17,774 bases of DNA from Hormoscilla sp. (lineage in GTDB: Bacteria > Cyanobacteriota > Cyanobacteriia > Cyanobacteriales > Desertifilaceae), in the NCBI GenBank assembly GCA_051439505.1, contig JBFRWI010000068.1:1-17774 (forward strand), written 5' to 3'. The notes below the pieces were generated by a model that did no database searches, was not told the origin of the DNA, and worked only from the letters and a program-made list of their open reading frames with translations. The stretch's first letter is position 1. The number at the start of each line of letters is the position of its first letter. The position numbers were made by a program, and so were the translations under genes. Of this stretch, positions 8,514-17,431 are shown one piece after another.

Positions 8514-11267
8514 CTATTCTACTTTCATCTCAGCAAAATGTTCCAGCAGCAGTCTGTGAATAAAAATGTAGCCGCCACCTACTTTTTGCAAAAATATCAA
8601 CTGGGTGGCGTAGTCGAGAAAACGGGCATAGTTCCAGGGGATATAGCGATTAAAATAGAGGACAAGGCGCAGGATTACATGTTGAATGCATGCGATACCC
8701 GCAGGAGAAAATAGCCCCAGAGCCATGCCAGCAATAACTCCCGCCAGCATGGGAATACCTATGATAATTTTAGCAATAATCCCCCAAGTTATTGCTGCCA
8801 TCACCGTCAAAATTGCCGCATTTTTGCCTGACTGCCAAATTCCTTGATTGCACATAATACTCGTTCCAATCGTACCACCCTTGACGGAACGAATTAGGGC
8901 AACAATTAAGCCAGCATCCAATCCTACTAGACCCGCTGATATCATATCCATTATCCTGAGCACGGGTCTCTGATAGATTAAACTCAAAGCCGCCCAACCA
9001 GCCAGTCCAAATATCACTCCGGCGATTAAACCGATACGCAAGCCGAAGAATAGATTATCTTTGAGTCTTTTGTAGGACCAAAAGCTAATGTTTTCAACCG
9101 GTTCTATACGATCCTTCACTAGGAAGAAGATCAGAGCACCAATTAATCCGCATGCCAGGACCTGAATCAGATAAGCATCCGACCTCACCTTGGCATAAAT
9201 CATACCAAAAATTAGCCCAGCACCGACTCCAGCTACTAGAGTGCCTATTAGTACCATACTGAGGGTGTAGATCCATTTTTGCTGTCTAGTTTCCAACCAA
9301 CTCGGCTGCATGCGCTCGATTAAAAATACTGTTTGCGACTCCTTCACCATCTGCTGTGCTAGCCGCATTAACCACTGCTTCGCTTGGGCTTGGGAGTAGG
9401 GAATGCTAGCACCTTTGCGGTTAAACATCCGTTCGATGTAGGTATTAAATAGGTGATGGCGTCGTTCTGACAAGCTGCTACTGGGTAAGGACTCAACCGA
9501 CATCCCCTGATAAGCGAGGGCGATGATATTTAAGAGCAAGGGACATTGGGTTAACTCTTGTAGAGTTGCATCGGTAGCAATTGCGGTACGAATTTCTGCT
9601 AATTCTTCTCCAGCAGTCTTGAAATATTGCTGAATTTGCTGGTCTGTTAGCGGTTGCAGGTAGATGGCGGCTTGTAATTGCAGGCGTCGAGATAAAACTT
9701 CATAGTCGCCGATGCGGCTGCATACTACGAGTTCAGTCTGTCCGTGGGACTGCATGAATTGATTGATCGCATCAACGCAGGCTTCTCGCCGTTCGGCACT
9801 GACTTCATCTAAGCCATCCAGTAACAGCAGCATTTGCCGTTCCTCGGCCACCCAAGTTTTGCCTATGTCCTGGGAAACTTGATATTTGCTATGCAGTTCT
9901 TGCACTAGCCAATCGGCGATCGCTTGATTGTTCCAAGAGGACAGATTGAACACCACAGGCATTGCTTGTCCTAAGTCTGTCTCCGCACGTGAGATTAAGT
10001 CGCGAGTCAACTCTAACAGACTTGTGGTTTTCCCCGAACCCGGTTTGCCCAAAATTAAGAGCGATCGCCCCTCTCCCAACTGGTCAAATTTATCAATGAC
10101 GCGAGTCCCTGGGGGTAGCTGTTGCTGGGGGACATCGCAACTTTCCCACACCAGGCCCCAAGGGCGTTCCACGGCATCTAGTTTCTCGGTAAGTCCCAAT
10201 TCAATCAGGGATCTGCCGTGCAAAGAAGTTTCCAATACACCTTTAACCCAGTAATTTTTGACCTTATTGAGCAAAATCTGGCGATTGCGGTATGATTGCC
10301 GACTGAGGCCCGGTGCCGTTGATGGTTCCGTTGCGATTGGCTGATTTTCTGGAAGCTGAATGGTGATAGTTCGTTCTGAAGCTTCGGACCGGGGAGGCGG
10401 GGTTGGTGGCATGGGGATGGTGAAGGCGTCGTCACCGCCAAGTAATTCTTCTAATGCTTGCAGGGCTTCTGTGGCAGAAGGGTAGCGCTGGCGATAGTCA
10501 TAACGTACCATCCGATCGAGAACTGTTGCCAAACCCGGACTGATGGAGAGACACGGTGCCAATGCAGCACAACAAAACTCTCCAGTTCTTTCATCTTGGG
10601 GGATATTTCTCACTCTTTCCCCACTCAAAGCTTGCAGACAAACCATGCCCACAGCATAGATATCGCTACTGAAATGGGGTTGGCCAGACATTTGTTCGCT
10701 GGGCATATAGCCCGGAGAACCAACCGCAATGGTCAAGCTAGCTTGTCCGTGGTTAGAAGCTGCCCGGTTACTCACTGCTTTGACTGCGCCAAAATCAATC
10801 AGGACAATCTTGCCATCCGAGGCGCGTCCGATCAAGTTAGCAGGTTTAATGTCCCGGTGGATGACTTGCTGCTGATGCACAAATGCCAGCACTTTCAGGA
10901 TATCTCGCAACAGATCCATTACCTGGGTTTCGTGCAACTGCTTGCCATGGCTTAGTTCTCGGTCTAGGGGCTGACCTGGGATATACTCTTGCACTAGATA
11001 GAATTCGCCATTTTCCTCGAAGTGCGCTAGCAGGCCAGGAATCTGGGCGTGAACTCCCAATTGGTATAATGTTTGCGCCTCCCGATCGAATAGGCGTTTT
11101 GCCGTTTGCAGGGTTTGGGCATCGGAGACTTGAGGTTGGAGCCGCTTCACGACACATTCGGGGTTTCCCGGTAAATGGGCATCTCTGGCCAGAAAGGTTT
11201 GACCAAACCCGCCGCCCCCTAGGTGTCTGACGATTTGATAACGACCTGCTAATGTTGTTTTTCTCAT
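8514..11267 (-). CDS. Ser/Thr protein kinase fused to a NACHT NTPase and C-terminal transmembrane helices
   Basis: 917 aa. Hanks kinase motifs LGGGGFG, VVKRL, HRDIKPAN, DFG and SDIYAVG. Pro-rich linker, Walker A GKPGSGKTT, Walker B LLLLDGLDEV, Gly-rich TM segments, and C-terminal PWNYARFLDYA...GGGYIFIH. Confidence 0.93.
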   Translation of the reverse strand: MRKTTLAGRYQIVRHLGGGGFGQTFLARDAHLPGNPECVVKRLQPQVSDAQTLQTAKRLFDREAQTLYQLGVHAQIPGLLAHFEENGEFYLVQEYIPGQPLDRELSHGKQLHETQVMDLLRDILKVLAFVHQQQVIHRDIKPANLIGRASDGKIVLIDFGAVKAVSNRAASNHGQASLTIAVGSPGYMPSEQMSGQPHFSSDIYAVGMVCLQALSGERVRNIPQDERTGEFCCAALAPCLSISPGLATVLDRMVRYDYRQRYPSATEALQALEELLGGDDAFTIPMPPTPPPRSEASERTITIQLPENQPIATEPSTAPGLSRQSYRNRQILLNKVKNYWVKGVLETSLHGRSLIELGLTEKLDAVERPWGLVWESCDVPQQQLPPGTRVIDKFDQLGEGRSLLILGKPGSGKTTSLLELTRDLISRAETDLGQAMPVVFNLSSWNNQAIADWLVQELHSKYQVSQDIGKTWVAEERQMLLLLDGLDEVSAERREACVDAINQFMQSHGQTELVVCSRIGDYEVLSRRLQLQAAIYLQPLTDQQIQQYFKTAGEELAEIRTAIATDATLQELTQCPLLLNIIALAYQGMSVESLPSSSLSERRHHLFNTYIERMFNRKGASIPYSQAQAKQWLMRLAQQMVKESQTVFLIERMQPSWLETRQQKWIYTLSMVLIGTLVAGVGAGLIFGMIYAKVRSDAYLIQVLACGLIGALIFFLVKDRIEPVENISFWSYKRLKDNLFFGLRIGLIAGVIFGLAGWAALSLIYQRPVLRIMDMISAGLVGLDAGLIVALIRSVKGGTIGTSIMCNQGIWQSGKNAAILTVMAAITWGIIAKIIIGIPMLAGVIAGMALGLFSPAGIACIQHVILRLVLYFNRYIPWNYARFLDYATQLIFLQKVGGGYIFIHRLLLEHFAEMKVE

Positions 11268-11422
11268 AGAAACCTCCGGAGCGTCAACCCCGATCGCCAG
11301 GGAGGGACAAGATGATGGTAATTTTCACTATTGTATTAATATACTGAACTATGGGGAGTTCTGGGGCCTAGATTAATAAGCAATTGGTAAATTCTCCCAT
11401 TGCTAAATTCTTGCATGCGGGT

Positions 11423-11509
11423 CTTCAAATAGCTGATATCCTCAACTAGAGAGCAACTTTCAACAGTTGCATTGGGAAAATTCAATAATTTATCGAGATG
11501 CAAATCCAT
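11423..11509 (-). pseudogene. Truncated ISL3-family transposase 5' fragment
   Basis: MDLHLDKLLNFPNATVESCSLVEDISYLK resembles the N-terminus of cyanobacterial ISL3 transposases as I recall them. Similarity ends before the expected CPxC zinc finger. An upstream TGtTACAAT extended -10-like motif is present. Confidence 0.55.
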
Positions 11510-11604
11510 TTCATAAATCCTCAAATTGTAACACAGTATACATTTGGCGTTGCACAACGACGGGTGTGGTCTTGCGTTCGTTAGTAGGAGACCTCGTAGC
11601 CTCC

Positions 11605-11854
11605 CAATACCTCAAGGTTTTGGATATAGGTGTGTTTTTCCGACCTCCAGCTGGCGGCAGCGAGTTTCTGGGTGATGCCGCTTCCCCCAATGGAGTTCGG
11701 AGTACCGTTCCGGCAAAATCGGAGTTATCATATTTCAAAAAATATCAGATAACATAAAGCATTTCCGGGCCTGCCTTTCACATTCTGATTTGTAGCAATT
11801 GTTTTTGATAAATTTTGACGGTGCATTGAATAATCCCTATCCCTTGAGGTATTG
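11605..11854. mobile_element. Putative MITE, 250 bp with 13-bp terminal inverted repeats
   Basis: caatacctcaagg (11605-11617) is the exact reverse complement of ccttgaggtattg (11842-11854). No transposase ORF and no clear target duplication. Confidence 0.5.
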
Positions 11855-11862
11855 CCACCTCC

Positions 11863-12208
11863 CCGCCTTGGTCGGATCGTCTGACCGCCTTGGTCGGATC
11901 GTCTGACCGCTTTGGTCGGATGGTCTGACCGCCTTGGTCGGATAGTCTCCCCGCCTTGGTCGGATAGTCTCCCCGCCCGGGTCTGAGGATCTCCCCGCCC
12001 GGGTCTGAGGATCTCCCCGCCCGGGTCTGAGGATCTCCCCGCCCGGGTCTGAGGATCTCCCCGCCCGGGTCTGAGGATCTCCCCGCCCGGGTCGGATGGT
12101 CTGACCGCCTTGGTCGGATGGTCTGACCGCCTTGGTCGGATCGTCTGACTGCCTTGGTCGGATGGTCTGACCGCCTTGGTCGGATGGTCTGACCGCCTTG
12201 GTCGGATA
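11863..12208. repeat. 22-bp tandem repeat array, 15 full units plus a 16-nt partial
   Basis: Units ccgccttggtcggat(c/g/a)gtct(ga/cc) flank five identical ccgcccgggtctgaggatctcc units (11973-12082). The 22-nt period is unbroken. Confidence 0.97.
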
Positions 12209-12371
12209 AACTGTCGTGCATTTACATTGCTACGACAGCTCCGCCGAGATCCTTGTTCTGGCGGGACTTTTCCAATATAGAATTGCTGAATTTTGAATGA
12301 GAGAATTGCTTTGGCCTCGGGGGGATCGTCGCTTGGATCCCTAAAATGTTTGGGGGTTGCAACCCCATCAC

Positions 12372-14009
12372 CTAAAAAATAAAGGTGGTTCTGAAAAGGC
12401 CAATAAAGATATCATCGTTATTGGTATTTTGGTTAGGGGCTGGGAGCCAAATAAATCCCGGTGTAATCGAGATATTCTCAGTTACCTGATACTTGTAAGA
12501 TGCTTCGATATGATATGCCCAATCCCGATGGAATGATGTAGAAGCAGGAACATCAAGCCCTCTGAGAGTTGGCTCCGCACCAAGGACGATCGTCCCTAGG
12601 TTACCTTCACCAACAAGGTCGGGAAATTTAAGGGCTACAGCGTAATTCCAAATTTCCGCATCCCCATAACCAATCAAACGGGCTTTTGTCAGACCTACCC
12701 AACCACTGAGAGTAAATTTGGAACTCAGAGTCCAGGATGTTTGTACGCCATAGGAATTGGCGATCGCAGGGAAATCATCTCTGAGACCATTTAAGCTATT
12801 GGCAACATTGGTGCCAGCCAGACTAACGTCACTGCCATTACCATAAGCGAAGTTTTCGGCAGTAAAGTAAGAATTGAGATAAGTAAAAGCCAGGCTGAAG
12901 CGATTACTAGGAGTCAGAGTCAATTGGGCTAAAACGGAGTAGTCGCCATTGAATAAACCCTCTTCCGAGATGGGACTGTCTGCGGATCCTGCTAAGTAGA
13001 CCCCGGTAAACTGTAGAGATTTATTCAATTTATAGTTAATTGATAAGCCCGCACCGCCACCTAATGCATAAATGGGATTTCTCTGAGCAAAAAAAGATAC
13101 AGCACCACTCCCTCCTGAAAAATCGTCTAGGTACGGATTGAGGGTGGGAGCGAAGTAGGCAAAAAAGAGGCCATAGCCAGCCAGACCGATTTCTAAGTTC
13201 TCGTTCAGAGGTGTGGTGTAGACGATCACAGAATCATTTTCGCCATCGCTATCACCGAAAACTTGAATTGCTTGCAATCCCTCTCCTGTATTACCTGTAA
13301 AGTCAAATTCATTTGCGTTCCCAGATTGAGTGACGATGAGCAACAGATCCTTGCCCGTAAAGCTAGTATTGAAGAACAGACGTATCCGACTTTGGAAGAC
13401 AGGCTGAACATCTATATTCTGACCAAAGGCATCGGCAAGAGAGAAGATTACCTCACCTGTCAAGGTAGTGGTAGTCGAGAATTGATTTGCTTCCAGTTGA
13501 GCCGTGCGAGCTTCTAGCGCCTCTACTTGGTTTTGGAGAGTCCTTAGTTCTAGGGCAAACTCCTGTTGCAACCGTAGGATGACAGTCAGATCCGCTTGGG
13601 TGATTTGGTTAGCAATGCCAGAAGTTATTAATTCAGAGATCCGATCGAGGGCTGTATTCAAAGCAGCGGCAAACTCGTAGCGCGTCATTGCCCGGTTCCC
13701 TCTGAATGTACCATCTGGGTAACCGGAAATAATGCCATAGCGTTCGACTAAAGACCGCAATGCCTGGAATGCCCAGTCAGTTGGTTGTACATCCGACAGT
13801 TGGGAAACCGAGGTGACTTGCCCCATTCCTAGATAGCCATTAGGGCTACTTGCGGAACTATTCTTCCTGTCTAGAAGGGGAGTAATATCTTCTTTAAAAT
13901 GCCCTAACTCCCCTACAATTTCCCCAGCAATAACAGGAGTTAAGAAAAGCAATTGAGCCGCTATACTGGTTGCGCCCAGCGGCAAGGATGACCACAATAA
14001 TTTCTGCAT
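12372..14009 (-). CDS. Outer-membrane porin with SLH domain (OprB / iron-uptake porin family)
   Basis: Signal peptide, then SLH motif QVTSVSQLSDVQPTDWAFQALRSLVERYG...RAMTRYEFAAAL, a coiled coil, QFSTTTTLTGEVIF, a beta-barrel-like region and a terminal Phe. Confidence 0.93.
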   Translation of the reverse strand: MQKLLWSSLPLGATSIAAQLLFLTPVIAGEIVGELGHFKEDITPLLDRKNSSASSPNGYLGMGQVTSVSQLSDVQPTDWAFQALRSLVERYGIISGYPDGTFRGNRAMTRYEFAAALNTALDRISELITSGIANQITQADLTVILRLQQEFALELRTLQNQVEALEARTAQLEANQFSTTTTLTGEVIFSLADAFGQNIDVQPVFQSRIRLFFNTSFTGKDLLLIVTQSGNANEFDFTGNTGEGLQAIQVFGDSDGENDSVIVYTTPLNENLEIGLAGYGLFFAYFAPTLNPYLDDFSGGSGAVSFFAQRNPIYALGGGAGLSINYKLNKSLQFTGVYLAGSADSPISEEGLFNGDYSVLAQLTLTPSNRFSLAFTYLNSYFTAENFAYGNGSDVSLAGTNVANSLNGLRDDFPAIANSYGVQTSWTLSSKFTLSGWVGLTKARLIGYGDAEIWNYAVALKFPDLVGEGNLGTIVLGAEPTLRGLDVPASTSFHRDWAYHIEASYKYQVTENISITPGFIWLPAPNQNTNNDDIFIGLFRTTFIF

Positions 14010-14066
14010 TTATCCTCACACCTTTTACTCATCAATTTGCAGATGCATCCTCTATTAATAAACCAG

Positions 14067-15824
14067 TTACATCCTCTCCAAAACTGAAATGCCCAACAAA
14101 GACAATCCCAACTTTAGAGTTCTCGCTGTCAGGTCGCACAGCAACAAGCGGGAAGTACGCTCTCGATCTGCCGCTTTCAGAACCGGACAGCGATCGTAAA
14201 ACTGATTAAACTTCTGAGATAGCTCAAATAAATATTGACACAAGCGGTTAGGCATTAAATCAGCTTCCACAGCCAGGATAACTTCCGACAGTTGCAACAA
14301 ATGCTTCGCCAGCACCAACTCAGTCGGTTCTGACAAGAGAACTTTCCCATTTTCTGCCAATTGGGAAAAGTCAATCTCACCCTTACGACTAATCCCCTGA
14401 ATCCGGACATAGGCATAAAGTAGATAAGGTGCCGTATTTCCTTGCAGGGAGAGCATCTTATTGTAGCTAAAGATGTAATTGCTAGTGCGATTTTGACTTA
14501 GATCGGCGTATTTAACTGCACTCATGCCCACCACTTTGGCCACCTGAGCTTTGAACTCCTCAGTTTCGGTGCGATCTTCTGCCGCCAGTCGAGATTCTAG
14601 GTCAGCCCTAGCCCGCGCGATCGCCTCATCCAGCAAATCCCGCAGTCGCACCGTTTCCCCCGAACGAGTTTTCAACTTCTTACCATCTTCGCCCTGAACC
14701 AGACCAAAAGGAACATGAACCACATCTACCTGTTCCGTCAGCCAACCGGCACGTCGTGCTACCTGAAACACCTGAGCAAAGTGAGCAGCCTGACCGGCAT
14801 CTGTAACATAGATAATGCGATCGGCCCCGTCTTGGCCTATCCGATAGCGTAAAGCGGCCAAATCTGTCGTCGCGTAATTGTAGCCGCCATCGGACTTTTG
14901 CACGATCAAGGGTAATGGATCTCCAGCCTTATTCGTAAAACCTTCCAGAAAAACGCACTGGGCACCGGCATCCTCTTCGAGCAAACCTAGCTGGTCCAGG
15001 TCGGCTATCACAGCCGGTAAGAACGGATTATAGAAAGACTCTCCCCGTTCCGTTAACTGGACATCCAGGCGATCGTAAATCACCTGAAACTCTCGGCGGG
15101 ACTGGTCGCATAGCAACTGCCAGGCCCGACGGGTATCCTCAGCACCGGCTTGTAGCTGTACCACTTCTTGGCGGGAAGTTTCCTTAAATGCCTCATCAGC
15201 GTCGAACCGGTGCTTTGCCTGCTTATAAAAGGTAACTAAATCTCCCAAGTCCAGAGCGTCGGCAGTGGTCAGGGCCTGTGGGTAAGCTTCCCGCAGATAA
15301 GCGATCAGCATCCCGAACTGAGTGCCCCAGTCCCCGACATGATTGAGTCGCAGCACCTCGTGACCGCGAAATTCCAAAATCCGGGTAATGCAATCCCCAA
15401 TAATAGTAGAGCGCAGATGACCGACATGCATCTCCTTAGCAATATTGGGGCTAGAAAAATCCACGATCGCCCGCTGGGGCTTTTGCACCGGTGCCACTCC
15501 CAGTCGTGCATCTATATATATAGTATTCAGTTGGGCTTCCAAGTATGCCGGTTGGAGAGTGAGATTAATGAAGCCGGGGCCCGCGATTTCTGCTGGTGCG
15601 CACAAGTCAGAAATCTCTAGACGTTCTACTAGCTTTTGAGCGATATCTCTAGGCTTTTGCTTAAGTCGCTTCGTCAGAGACATGGCCACATTCGACTGGT
15701 AATCACCAAACTTGGGATTACTAGCTAGCACTACCATTGGGTCACATCCTGCCAACTCTTCACCAAAAGCAGCAACCAAAGCCTGCTCAAATCTAGTTTT
15801 CAGTAATTCGATCGTCGAGTTCAT
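14067..15824 (-). CDS. argS: Arginine--tRNA ligase
   Basis: 585 aa with [33 protein letters not shown] (HIGH), [20 protein letters not shown] and a terminal ERM. Confidence 0.98.
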   Translation of the reverse strand: MNSTIELLKTRFEQALVAAFGEELAGCDPMVVLASNPKFGDYQSNVAMSLTKRLKQKPRDIAQKLVERLEISDLCAPAEIAGPGFINLTLQPAYLEAQLNTIYIDARLGVAPVQKPQRAIVDFSSPNIAKEMHVGHLRSTIIGDCITRILEFRGHEVLRLNHVGDWGTQFGMLIAYLREAYPQALTTADALDLGDLVTFYKQAKHRFDADEAFKETSRQEVVQLQAGAEDTRRAWQLLCDQSRREFQVIYDRLDVQLTERGESFYNPFLPAVIADLDQLGLLEEDAGAQCVFLEGFTNKAGDPLPLIVQKSDGGYNYATTDLAALRYRIGQDGADRIIYVTDAGQAAHFAQVFQVARRAGWLTEQVDVVHVPFGLVQGEDGKKLKTRSGETVRLRDLLDEAIARARADLESRLAAEDRTETEEFKAQVAKVVGMSAVKYADLSQNRTSNYIFSYNKMLSLQGNTAPYLLYAYVRIQGISRKGEIDFSQLAENGKVLLSEPTELVLAKHLLQLSEVILAVEADLMPNRLCQYLFELSQKFNQFYDRCPVLKAADRERTSRLLLCDLTARTLKLGLSLLGISVLERM

Positions 15825-15896
15825 AGTTCTAGCGCCTCTGCGTCGCGCACTGGGTATCGGGCCTCACATCAGGGTGCATCGATGATGCATGTAATT

Positions 15897-15949
15897 TAGC
15901 CCGCGCAGGCGGGCTTAGTTCGAGTAGCCGGGCCCTTTAGGGTTCGGGC
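15897..15949. repeat. REP-like double-hairpin repeat, copy 2
   Basis: Matches 159-211 at 48/53. It is enclosed by a 10-bp inverted repeat, agggtgcatc (15871-15880) and gatgcaccct (15966-15975). Confidence 0.85.
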
Positions 15950-15979
15950 GGCGAGGCAAATATGGGATGCACCCTCAAA

Positions 15980-16873
15980 TCATCCCCTCCAGAGACCTTC
16001 GGGGGATAGCCGCATACTCAAGTCCAGCCAACTGGAGCGAGTAATTGGAGCACTGGTTGAAATGTAGTCTACCCCAGTTTCCGCCACAGCGCGAACAGTC
16101 TCTAGGGTGACGTTACCCGAAGCTTCGATTTTAATTTCGCTCCGGTCATCCTTCTGGCGAATCAACTGCACCGCCTGACGCATCCTATCTACCGGCATAT
16201 TGTCCAGCATGATGATATCCGCAGAAGAGTGCAAAGCCTCTTCCACCTGTTCGAGGGTTTCCGTCTCCACTTCTATACTCAGGGGAAAGGGGATTTGGGC
16301 ACGGATGCGTGCGATCGCCTCTGTGATACTACCGGCGGCAGCAATATGATTATCCTTAATCATCACAGCATCATCCAGGCCCATGCGATGATTTCTGGCT
16401 CCACCTACAGCCGCAGCATACTTTTCCAGCACCCTCAACCCAGGCGTTGTTTTGCGCGTATCCACTAGCCTCGCCGGTAGGTCTGCGATTTCCTCCACAT
16501 ACCGGCGGGTGAGGGTGGCAATGCCACTCAAGCGCATTGTCAGATTCAAAGCCACCCGTTCTCCCATTAATAATGCCTCTAACCCACCAGACAAACGAGC
16601 GATCGCCTGTCCGGGAGAGCACCGGTCCCCTTCAGCTACCATTGCCTCAAACCTGACATCCCGGTCCAAAAGCTGAAACACCCGCTCTGCCACCGGCAAT
16701 CCCGCGATCGTTCCTGGTGCTTTCGCCACCCATTCCCCTCGGATCACCAGCATTTCTGGTCCTAAGAGGGCCGAAGTCGTGCGATCGCCCCTACCAATAT
16801 CCTCCAGCAACCATGATTTCAGGAGATCGTCCAAGCCTAGCCAAGGGGGTAACGCCGGCGATAAATCTAGCAT
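15980..16873 (-). CDS. nadC: Nicotinate-nucleotide diphosphorylase (carboxylating), quinolinate phosphoribosyltransferase
   Basis: Motifs LLEDIGRGDRTT, ERVALN, DTRKTTPGLR, NHRMGLDDAVMIKDNH, EVE, IMLDNM and EASGNV. ATG 16873 is preferred to the TTG at 16912. Confidence 0.96.
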   Translation of the reverse strand: MLDLSPALPPWLGLDDLLKSWLLEDIGRGDRTTSALLGPEMLVIRGEWVAKAPGTIAGLPVAERVFQLLDRDVRFEAMVAEGDRCSPGQAIARLSGGLEALLMGERVALNLTMRLSGIATLTRRYVEEIADLPARLVDTRKTTPGLRVLEKYAAAVGGARNHRMGLDDAVMIKDNHIAAAGSITEAIARIRAQIPFPLSIEVETETLEQVEEALHSSADIIMLDNMPVDRMRQAVQLIRQKDDRSEIKIEASGNVTLETVRAVAETGVDYISTSAPITRSSWLDLSMRLSPEGLWRG

Positions 16874-16970
16874 TTCAACTGCCTCCGGAACTTTTTTCGC
16901 TTTTTGGATCAAAATTTTATCGCCTCAAATCCTTGCCTGGTCAAGCTTTTCAGACATATTGACCATCCGA

Positions 16971-17216
16971 GAGCGATCGCTCTCCTCTCCGGGCACCGGT
17001 TTCCCTCAGCAGATAGCAGTCCCTAAGCTGGAACAATCGCTCCAGCACCGGCAATATTCAGATCTTGCCTGATGGTTTCGCTTATCCTTCAAGATGGTCC
17101 AAGCCTCGCCCATGGGCGAGCACTGGCGATTTCTCCATTCTTTCAACTGCCGAGGGAACTTTTAGGTTTTGTATATTAAGTTTTTGCCTCAAACCCTTAT
17201 AGGTCAAGCTTTTCAG
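16971..17216 (-). pseudogene. Degenerate copy A of the nadC 5' end plus upstream motif
   Basis: 17011-17081 aligns to 16656-16726, 17092-17163 to 16824-16895, and 17202-17216 is identical to 16939-16953. Translation KVPSAVERMEKSPVLAHGRGLDHL versus nadC-frame KVPEAVEMLDLSPALPPWLGLDDL. Confidence 0.8.
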
Positions 17217-17223
17217 CCTTCTT

Positions 17224-17419
17224 ACCCACCATAATTGCTCGCACGAGCCCCTCCGGTGAGAGCACCGGTCTTCTGAATTACATACCGGTCCAGAACCTAT
17301 AACAATTGCCACACCACCGGCAAACCTGAGAGCGCCTCCGAGGTTTACACAGGCAACTTAGCTCGGGCCACCCTCCTAGATCGTCCCTACAGCGCCCAAT
17401 TCGTGAGTTATTAGCTACC
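17224..17419 (-). pseudogene. Degenerate copy B of a nadC 5' internal fragment
   Basis: 17280-17419 aligns without gaps to 16656-16795 (offset 624). 17253-17270 matches 16611-16627. Confidence 0.75.
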
Positions 17420-17431
17420 CACCTCCGAGGC

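Noticed and set aside
11863..12208. CRISPR array
   Set aside because: The units are contiguous with no unique spacers, and there are no cas genes in the window.
11778..12221. 147-aa ORF across the tandem array
   Set aside because: It is a by-product of a stop-free 22-bp repeat cycling through frames, with no recognisable domain.
12353..12366. Perfect palindrome ggggttgcaacccc after the porin stop as a terminator
   Set aside because: No U-tract immediately follows on the minus strand, so it is not supportable as an intrinsic terminator.
16874..16912. 13-aa N-terminal extension of nadC
   Set aside because: It needs a TTG start and lies in the T-tract motif. ATG 16873 gives a typical length.
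1221..16980. Excess of GCGATCGC
   Set aside because: Known HIP1 sequence, useful only as a taxonomic clue.
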